DNA of 64,000 bases from Schizochytrium sp. TIO01 (taxonomy: Eukaryota; Protista; Bigyra: Labyrinthulomycetes). This document shows positions 55,101 to 64,000 of the stretch, piece after piece. The stretch's first letter is position 1. Each line of letters begins with the position of its first letter. The notes beneath the pieces were generated by a model that saw only the letters and a program-made list of their open reading frames with translations, ran no database searches and was not told the origin of the DNA. The translations under genes were made by a program, and so were the position numbers. The stretch lies in contig SMSO01000005.1 in the NCBI GenBank assembly GCA_004764695.1, forward strand, positions 930,001 to 994,000, in the 5' to 3' direction.

Positions 55101-58100
55101 GAAGCCTATGATGTCAAGGGAAATCTCATTGGTCTGGCTAAGCTCCCAGAAAACTTTCAAATCCCATTTCGGGATTGGATTACAGTTCGAGACCCATTTT
55201 CTGGCAAGGAAATGATGTATGCGTATATCCGTCTTGAAAGTATGGCTATGCCATGGGATGAAGACCATAGCCAATCTTTACCACCTTTTATAGTGGAGGA
55301 TAACCAAAACAGCATTGAAAAAAATCAGCTACCACTTCAATCTCTTCAAACATTCACGTCGCAGCCGAAAAACTATACAAGCCTAGTGAAGCGGGGTTCT
55401 GAGTCATCAAGCTCTCCTGAAAAGCACGCCACCCTCACTAAAGCCTCAGATGAGATATTGCTCAATCTGCCCAAGCAAATGACACCCCCAGAGAATCCCA
55501 GCCATCATGAAATAGAACTTTTGAATCAAGCGCAACACAAGGAAAACCAATCTACGCAGACTGATGAAGTAAACTCGGATGCCAACCAAAGCTTGCCAGC
55601 CTCAGAAGACTCTTCAACTCTACAGCAACATGTGACGGCAACATCCAATGCTTCGCCTGACTCCCGATCAGCCGTTGCACATGCAACGAATGAAGCTCTT
55701 TCCACTGATAAGGCCGATTTTGTTGAGACCCAGACTTTCCAACATGTTTTTGTTTTTGAATTATCGTCTTTGTGCTATCGCTCTGACTTAGCGGGATGTC
55801 TAGTCACATACGAGTTTCCAATTGAAGATGGGGCCACAGATGAACAATTTGATGCATTGCATCATCACGAGCTTTGGTGGGATAGCATTGTAGTCGAAAA
55901 TAACACTGTTGGCCGACACTTGATCGAGACTGCCAAAGTAAAAGAGATTTCACATTGGCTTAATCAAGGTCGTGAGCTAAGATTTCGCGTTGTTGCGCCT
56001 CCTATTGGCGGAAACGACGATCAAGCGCGTGAGGATGCTGTTGCAAAACTGCCTCTCCAGGAACTTCAGTCAATGCTTGCAGAAGTACAGTCTGTGTCAG
56101 ATCCTCACCACCAAAATAATGCTCTTCATGGTGATTCATCTACATTCCAAACTGCAAGAGCTGCAAAGGTATTTCGACTCCCTCTCGTGCCATCACGAGA
56201 AAGCTCCATTGCGCTCCGGCACCGGGCACCGTACATGAAGCTTTCTATTCGCTACTTACAATACGTTGCTAAACAATGGATTGCCGTAGAACCAGAGTTT
56301 CTTGATCATCCTAGCCAAAACTTTCCGCGCCGTGTAAAGGCTAGCGATGCGCAGCTTGATGAAGCACGTGCCCGGCTTTGCGTACAAATTGCGCAGGCAA
56401 GGGGCCTAGAGTTTCTTGCCCGTGTTGCCGCGAAACACGAGGGTGACGCATCATTTATGCATCTCGCTGCGGCGGTTGGAGTGAATGCATGTGTCGAGGT
56501 GGAGATTGATGTTGGTGATCATCACTTGGGTCACCGTACTCAAGTTCAGGCTAGGGACTTTTCGCCCAAGTTCAATGAAGAAACTTTTATTGACTTTGTG
56601 CTTGAGAAGGAGGTTCTAGACTCACTGAGCCATTCATCTGCTATTATTCGGCTCTGGCATCAAGAACCACAGACCACTGATAGGAAGACTCGCAGCATAC
56701 TTTTGGGTTCTACTCAAATTCCATTACGCGATCTCTTGCTTTCTCAATCTGGTATTCGTGGGGAGTTCGCTTTAGAGTCGCCTCTAGATATTTTAGAGGA
56801 AAACCAGCAACAAAAGCGACCCCCTATGGGTTATGTCACGATCGCTATCTTTTTTGATCATCACCGAGATCTTGCCCAATATTTTCCTGGAGGGTCCTCA
56901 CTAGTTATGAATCAAGTGCAACCCCTTCCAGAGTCGCAAACTCAGAAAGCGAATGACAAACACAGTGACAATACAGATGAAATACAACGTCTAGCCTTCG
57001 ATGAAGACTCTTCCTATGATCCCTTCGTAGAAGTAGACGACAATGTTCGATATCATGAACTAGAAGGATTGACAAATTCACCGCCGCAATCTAGTATTGG
57101 GAAGACTGGATTTCAAGAGGACGAGGAGGAGGAAACAGAAGAAATTGTTCTTCAGGCTGCACACAAAACTGATGTTAAGAGTGAAGATTTAACCTTCGTC
57201 AGGAAGGCTGCCACAATCAGTTGCTTCAAATTACACCGGTCCTTTTTTACGTCGTGACTGTGTAAACGAAAATTTTCATAGTGAGCAGCATTCGACTCCT
57301 AAAATGAATGCAGTTGAGCCACTTGAATTCTCCAGAGTTGCTCCTGCGAGCAAAGCAGCAATCTTGAGTGTGTCTATTGAGGAAGCAATGCATTTACCAA
57401 TGGTTCTTGTCGATGACAATCTGCGCCCTCCCCTCGCCTATGTTTCCTTTTCTCTTCACAATTTTCGTTTCACTGACTCCAGGCACACTCCACCTAACCC
57501 GGGAGGCCCTTCATGCTCTCCGGTTTGGGTTGAAGAAATCAAGATTCCAATCGAAGGCCTTTCACAGCTTTATGATTGGGGTGCAATCCGCTTCCATGTA
57601 TGGCATCGAGCAACTTGGTCTAGGGACAAATCAGATTTCAATTCTTCGACGTCTATTATATCTGAATCCTGCGAGCGGTCTCCGCCACCTGGTCTCGACT
57701 TTGATCCCTATTCTACTGGCAGGGCTTCCGTGCAGCAGCAGCAGTATGGTGCAGCTGCAGTCTTTGGTGATCAAGACGTATATCTTGGTACAGCAGTTGT
57801 CGACCTTTCTGCGCTCGATGTAGGCATTGAGCGTATACATGGCTGGTATCATATAATCGACACTGAGCAGCGTCGAATCGGACAACTCAAAGTTCAAATT
57901 AGTGTATTACATCCTGCCATAAAGATCAAGGGTGCGCAAATAGTCTCTCAGGGCGCATTATATGAAAGCAGTTTTCCGTCTTCAGACTATCACGATATAA
58001 CCGAGGACCAAGATGAGGGTATCAATGGAGAGCCCGATGAGACTCCTCCCAGCGCTGACTGCAAAAATCATGACCTTGTGCAGGCACTGGCGAATCTCAG

Positions 58101-59730
58101 CCTGGTTTCCGAGAGCTTGCGGGCTCGTATGCTTCGTCTTGAGTCAGATGTGATGCAATCCGGATCCTCAACCCACACGTCAGAGGAAACTGTAGGAGGA
58201 CTCCATCAACCCGCAACGGAAGAGATAATCCTACCTACGGATGTCCCTTTGGCTCAGCACGAAAGTGTCCAAACTGATGGAGTCGATCTAATGTGTGGTG
58301 AAGCCACCAAATTAGAACAAACCTATTTAATGGCAGATGAAAATCAGCATCCAGCATCTCAAAATAAGGATAGCGTCATCGATTCACATGGCTTGTCCGC
58401 AGAGGAGGAGCTTCAGCAGTTACCAAGCAAAGCATTAGTTAACGATGCGAAAGAAAATTATGATACCAAACAAACATATACGTTAGCAAGTGGACAACAA
58501 GAACCTTATCAACTTCACCAACCTAGAGGTGAAAACATATCGGTGGGAGATATCATTGTCGCAACTGAGCTGGGTAAGGGGGCAGTAGTTTCGCAAGCCG
58601 AGGCTTCAACAACTGCAGATCTCGATTTAATCTCTAAGACAGAGTCCCCAAATAATAGCAGTTTAAGAGACTATGCTGAGTTGGGCGTGCGAAGGGAACA
58701 AAACACTTATGCTTCACATGAACAAACAGAATATCAAAAGCCCGAAAAGGGAGATTCAGAACAAGAATTGGTGATTGCAGATAATGTAGGAAATGATACC
58801 ATAACTTCTCATATAGGACACAGTCATGTCATTACTATTGATGATACGTTAAACCCTGATCAGGGGCAACTAGAAGATGAAAGTGTTTCCCAACCAGTTT
58901 CAGCTATAGAATGTACTGAAGATCCTGATTCCGATCAGATTGCGACCATGACGTCCTCTAGGAACACTTCGCGTAACTACAACATCATAGAAGAGCCAGG
59001 AATACCTTCTTCTTCCATTGTGGAAGGATCTGATCTAGAGAAGGCTGATAGCGAAATTCACAGCGACTCACAGACGCTCAGTACCTCGCAAGTATCCATA
59101 GCAGCCTCTCACTGTCTGCAAGGTGAAAATGAATTCCGCAGGGGTATGGACAGAAGGGACAACGTCGAAAACAACAATGAGAAACCCGACTTGCCTTCTC
59201 CGATAAGTGCGCCCGCAAAGGAACCTTTGGATCAAGAAACTATTGACGAGGAAAATAGTAAATCAGAGTCAGAAAACGATGTAATAGGTGTGAGATCACG
59301 AGCGAGCTCGACATCTTCTGCAAAATCTCGCCCTACGTTCAATGCTGATCCAGTGGTTGCTTTGTTGGCCAGTCCCTCTACTACCTCAACTGATGCAAAT
59401 GATGGAGAACATCATAAAATTGAATCTTCATCAGGGGGAAAAACACTCACAGTGAGCTCGAAAATCATAACAGACGACGTATGCCATTTTCCTATGCAGT
59501 CTACATTCTACAATCAACTTGCTCACACAAGTGCTGAATTACCACCGAGTCATGTATGCTACAATGAAATCCCACGCTCAAGAGAAAACTTCCAGCTAGA
59601 AGCACCAACAGCTGAAGTATCAAACTTAGAGCCTACAACCCCGGAGAACTCAAGCTCCCCCAAACGTCTTGAAAAACCTTGGATGGATCCTGAAACAGCC
59701 CGCATCGCAAGAATTTTACGAGGTGGATAA
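52200..59730 (+). CDS. C2CD3: C2CD3 centriolar multi-C2 protein, split over two frames at about 57193-57257
   Basis: N-terminal AWWGQ...FPVRSSAHKLGAYLRD, AAVGVNACV, LSVSIEEAMHLP, GWYHIID..GQLKV and the C-terminal ETARIARI resemble conserved C2CD3 motifs. They are spread across ORFs 52200-57257 and 57304-59730. Confidence 0.85.
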
Positions 59731-59929
59731 ATGGCAAAATTTATGTATAATAGAAATAGAGTAAAACTTTGGCGGGGTTCTTTTAGAATCATCATGAGTT
59801 ACTACTATAACTGATTACTTTACATGTGTTCTTACGAATGTTTTGAGTTTTTCGCATCCACACAGTTTCTTTATTGAATTCATTTATCTGAACGAAATAT
59901 ATCAGAAGATTTTGCACCAGCTTGGTTTT

Positions 59930-61015
59930 TCATAGTCTGATCTGAGTAACCACAGGAAACTTGAATTTAGTACTTCGCATTATCTGTCCTGGAGCTACAT
60001 TTTGTGGAATTTTTGTTCCACCTGATTTTGGGCGCTCCAGAAATGTGGGATCATTCCGCTTTCGGAGTTGATGTGTGACGGCTTGTTGAGGACCAGAAGC
60101 TCGAGCACGAATGATAGCCTCCAGGATTCCTGAACCTTCTACTTGCTGGGGGGAGCCAAGCGGAGCGCAATTCGCATCGAGTAAGACTTTGCGTCGGTGC
60201 ATTGTTAGAAGAACTGGCACCGATAGTGGCCTGTGGCCTTCCTTGGTGTCCCCTGAGGTGAGCTGAAAAAGTGCCGCAATTCTAGCACGGACCTCACTAC
60301 GCCATGTCTCTGTCCCTTCGGTGGGGCCATCTGCTTGATCTAAACCGGGTGCACTCTCTTTGCGCTGTAGAATATTCAGAAAAACGTCTAGTGTAATACT
60401 TGGGTCACGCTGATCTGCTTCATCTGCAGCAACACCAAGAAGTCGAACAACATCGTCTCGCGATTTAACTAAGCCAACAGAAATTAGAGGATCAAGAAGG
60501 TCATCTACTCCAACTGCACCGTCGGCTTCCCGATCAAGTGAGTTAAACCAGTTCCGAAGTTTTTCGAGTTGCGCCCTTTGTTCATGGGGGGATGGTCCAC
60601 GCCCACGAGAGTGCAGCCATTTAGCTTCCCAATACATGTCTTCAGTATCAATTTGTTCAATTTTCAGGTCTGGATGTGCTTTGAGGATATCCTTTATTGA
60701 TCGGGGTTCTGGTTGTTGGACTTCATTGCGAATTTTACCAGCATTACGTCGATGACGGGCAATCTGCAGAAATGATGAGCGCTCACTATCATCTCCAAAA
60801 CTAGTATTCGAGAAGCTAACATCGTCTTCCTCCCCATAGGTCTCGCTAGAGTTGCCTTTGGTTTGGATAGACCTCAAAGTATCCTGAGAACGGAGGCTTT
60901 TTCGAAGCCCCGTTTGTTGAGTACGAGATGAGCGGTTCCTGTTTGGTCGCTGAGCCGTGTGCTGCTTCTGTGCAACTTGTAAACTATGTAAGCCAAGTAG
61001 AAGACCCGAAGGCAT
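59930..61015 (-). CDS. EF-hand-containing protein
   Basis: LRNWFNSLDREADGAVGVDDLLDPLISVGL is an EF-hand-like helix-loop-helix, followed by a second degenerate hand (SITLDVFLNIL). Confidence 0.7.
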   Translation of the reverse strand: MPSGLLLGLHSLQVAQKQHTAQRPNRNRSSRTQQTGLRKSLRSQDTLRSIQTKGNSSETYGEEDDVSFSNTSFGDDSERSSFLQIARHRRNAGKIRNEVQQPEPRSIKDILKAHPDLKIEQIDTEDMYWEAKWLHSRGRGPSPHEQRAQLEKLRNWFNSLDREADGAVGVDDLLDPLISVGLVKSRDDVVRLLGVAADEADQRDPSITLDVFLNILQRKESAPGLDQADGPTEGTETWRSEVRARIAALFQLTSGDTKEGHRPLSVPVLLTMHRRKVLLDANCAPLGSPQQVEGSGILEAIIRARASGPQQAVTHQLRKRNDPTFLERPKSGGTKIPQNVAPGQIMRSTKFKFPVVTQIRL

Positions 61016-63262
61016 TCTTCAAAAAGCTTTCGAGGTAAACTGATAATTTGACGCTAAAGTGGCTTTAGAAAAAGCGCGCAAAACCATATGGTATAGTCAT
61101 TGTGTTTGTAAGTTTCTCTTGACGCGGAGTTCACTGGTACACACCTATATAAAGGTCATATAAGACCAAATCAATTTTTTACTTGGAACGAGCTCATCAA
61201 GGATTCCACTTCTGAGCATATTCCGATTGATGAAGACTCTCGAAAAGAATCCGGGTGGAACAATCTCTTGAGTCGATCCTGATCGTCGTCGAGAAGTCAA
61301 TCGAACAATATAAGCATCGTGATGCTCGTGAATGACATAGGAAGGAAGCTTTCTAAATGATTTCCTAAATAGTTCCTAAGTGATTCTTAAGAAGCAGCCA
61401 TCTTCGAACATGTTGTGGACAAGACCATTGATGATGGCGACAGTAATGCTGAAGAGTACGATAGCGCTAAGTTTGATAAGCCGGCCTTAGAAAGCGTGAT
61501 CTTAGTATGGACGCCCAAGATCATTCATTACGTTGGATTGGCCATGCATCACGGTTACATCTCAATGCTCGTTGCAGTTGCTATCTAAATACTGCTCTAC
61601 AACGTTGCTATTGCGAAACGAAATTACCTTAATGCTAGATATGAGAAATTGTAGACATACATACTGGACTGATCATATGATCGCCTTCAAAGCAGAAACA
61701 GAAAAAAATATCTTGCTATGATCCCCAAACGGGTATCAACTGTCGTTATGATCGCGGTGGGCAAGACGATCATAATTTGACAAAACGCAGAGAATATGAG
61801 AGACTAGAGAAACACTGCCGTCGCGTTTTCTTTCCAAATGATCCAATGTAGTACCAAACTTGCTCGTAATGATAACTACTGTTAGGTTGTTGAGGATGGC
61901 TTCAACCTTTTTGCTAACAACGCCATGATTCATGACTTTCCACCTGAATATTGTATAAAGCGTATCAGTTTTTATTTGATATCTCCGATGGCCATCACTT
62001 GAGCACAGTGACATGTTTTACCATCGAAATAGATGAGAGATTTACATGAGCAGTATGCTTCACTGCGCATTCCCCCAAAAAATGCGACCTTCAAAATGTG
62101 CACTGGCCTAGGCGCATATCTTGTAGGATTTGCGGGTCCCTGGTGAGATCTGGTAATGGGATTTTGCCACAATCGTTGATGCTGTCTTCTGAAGCTGTGC
62201 TGCTCGTACTATTGTACCTCTTGTTCAATACGCGATGGGTAATGCTGCTTAAGGTAAACTGCTTGGCAATGCCCGAAGAACTGTGCTTACGGACTCGCGA
62301 GGCAACAAGCTTAACGTCAGGCACTTCTCGTCCTTCGCCCTCTTTGTTTGTTACAAATTGAGCTGTCAGCTTTTTGGTGTTTTTTAAGGTGGAGTAAATC
62401 TGATGGAGCATGAAATATAGGGAATAGCGACGTCATCTTGGGCCTTATTCCTTTTATTCTTTAAATAAATGTATTACATCATAAATTCAGAATGATTTTA
62501 TCTATAATTTGTGCAACAGACATACGTTAATTATTTTTTGTTTATATGAGACCTCCATCGTTATAACCATCGCAACTAATTAGCGCCCACCATGGAAGAG
62601 GTTATTCTTAAAGAAAGGAAGACTAATACGAGTTTCATTCTCCCGACTGATCTGCTGGAAAGACCTCACTCCTTCTTCACTGCTGCTCTATCAGAGGAAT
62701 TAAAGGACGGGAAAGAGGGGTTCGAGTCGAAATATGAATCGTCGCTACCATAATCCTATTCCACTGCTCTTATTTCAGTCGAAGATAGCAAAAGACTTCT
62801 GGATCTGGAACCTGAGCGTATATAATGAGTATTCGCCTCATCTCACGAGTCAAATTTTCCCGTTTGGTTTTTAAAGTTCATCAAATTCCAAATTTAAAGA
62901 TATAGCATAGCATACACAGATTAATTTTTATTCTTCTTCGTCAGTTGTATTGAAAGGAAAGGCCATATGAAAAGAGGTGAAACAAAAACTATCTATGGTT
63001 GAATTTTCTGAAAAAATAATTCCATCAAACGTTATTCGCTGCCTGCAGGTTTTGCCATAGATACTTCGAATTACATAAGCTTAACAAAGCAAAGGACAAC
63101 CTCGCAGCAAAAATAAAAGCTCAGAGACTTTGTTCTGCACTTGTATTAGCAAACAGCGAATCGCCGAAGACTCAATTTTATGCTTGTAAAGAACCAGCAG
63201 CTCAATTTTGAATTTATGTTAGTAGCATATAGTAGGAAATAACGAAATAGCTAAGCAGGAAT

Positions 63263-63318
63263 TTTGTTTGTTTGTTTGTTTGTTTGTTTGTTTGTTTGTT
63301 TGTTTGTTTGTTTGTTTG
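63263..63318. repeat. (TTTG)n microsatellite
   Basis: Direct reading of the sequence. Confidence 0.97.
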
Positions 63319-63536
63319 GGCTTTATCTAAAAGTGTTACTTATATATATATATTTTTTATAAAAAAGGAAACTAAAATTACGTGGTGTTGTAATTTATTG
63401 CTGAATAATAGCTTTGTAAACGTTTTATTTTTTGAAGACTCAGCAATGAAGCGCTTAGGAGACACACCTAAGATGCGCACAACAGACGTTAAGAAAGTAC
63501 AGGCCAGTCATGCATTATGCTATTTCAGATTTACAA

Positions 63537-64000
63537 TTATACAATAAAAGGAATGAATGCCTTTCGATGGGCAGGGTAATCCTCGAACTTTGCTTTGTAC
63601 CATGAGTGGGAACGCACAGCTGTGAGGCCAAGGTTTAAACCAGTGAACATTACTGCAAGCCATAGCGACACGTTGTGGACATCCATTAGAGCTAAGCCTA
63701 AATAAATCAGGACTTCAGTGAAGTAATGAGGACATGATACATATTCAAAAAGACGCCCTTTCGGCATAAAGTATTGCCTTTTCTGGTGAACCATTGAGGT
63801 CACATCTGAGTTCCGAAGTCCAGCAAGAATTCGATGACACCGGTGTTGTTCATAGGAAGCAACGATAAAAACGATAATGCCCAGTAAGCCTATAACATCG
63901 ATGTTCTCTCCGAGTTCTATGTACATTGGGTTGTTGAATTTATAGAGTGAAGAGTCGAACACTGTGCTCCATCCATAGGCGAGGTAGAACGTAAGACCAA
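63537..64000 (-). CDS. SRD5A3: Polyprenol/polyprenal reductase (steroid 5-alpha-reductase family), 3' part; the 5' end lies beyond the window
   Basis: Motifs EQHRCHRILAGLR, PKGRLFEYVSCPHYFTEVLIY, TAVRSHSWYKAKFEDYP and RKAFIPFI. The frame stays open to the window edge (GLTFYLAYGW). Confidence 0.9.
   Translation of the reverse strand, partial: GLTFYLAYGWSTVFDSSLYKFNNPMYIELGENIDVIGLLGIIVFIVASYEQHRCHRILAGLRNSDVTSMVHQKRQYFMPKGRLFEYVSCPHYFTEVLIYLGLALMDVHNVSLWLAVMFTGLNLGLTAVRSHSWYKAKFEDYPAHRKAFIPFIV

Noticed and set aside
62715-62735. GGTTCGAGTC B-box / tRNA T-loop-like motif
   Set aside because: No T-stem pairing, cloverleaf or A-box was found.
1-63318. (ACAA)n at the left end and (TTTG)n at the right end as terminal inverted repeats of a giant element
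   Set aside because: They are simple microsatellites enclosing housekeeping genes. The only other similarity is a 9-bp GTCTCATAT match (about 687 vs 62544), which is too short.
6512-64000. DPM1 and SRD5A3 as a dolichol-pathway cluster
   Set aside because: They are 56 kb apart with unrelated genes between them.

Overview
Gene-dense, intron-poor eukaryotic nuclear DNA. The gene set (C2CD3, a membrane-anchored calpain, Hsp33, yeast-type DPM1) and the near-intronless structure suggest a flagellated protist, probably a stramenopile such as a thraustochytrid; this taxonomic call is inference only. There are about 15 protein genes and one pseudogene, arranged on almost strictly alternating strands. 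In order: a PD-(D/E)xK nuclease-kinase fusion, a stop-interrupted ORF, DPM1, ERCC6/CSB, MRG15/EAF3, Hsp33, RBM34/NOP12, TCF25/RQC1, an alpha/beta-hydrolase, a ~3000-aa DEK1-like calpain, a myristoylated unknown protein, an RCC1-repeat protein, an inositol 5-phosphatase, C2CD3, an EF-hand protein and a partial SRD5A3. Best novelty candidates: (1) a Spok/Crinkler-like nuclease+kinase gene in a ~6 kb accessory stretch, next to a small foldback element and a decayed convergent gene; (2) a receptor-like multi-TM calpain that has lost its catalytic Cys and His, with a C2 domain just behind a signal peptide, circularly permuted C2 repeats and a WW domain; (3) a UBZ zinc finger in CSB; (4) an intron-containing eukaryotic Hsp33; (5) a frame break in C2CD3. 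No rRNA, tRNA, CRISPR array or intact transposase was seen.
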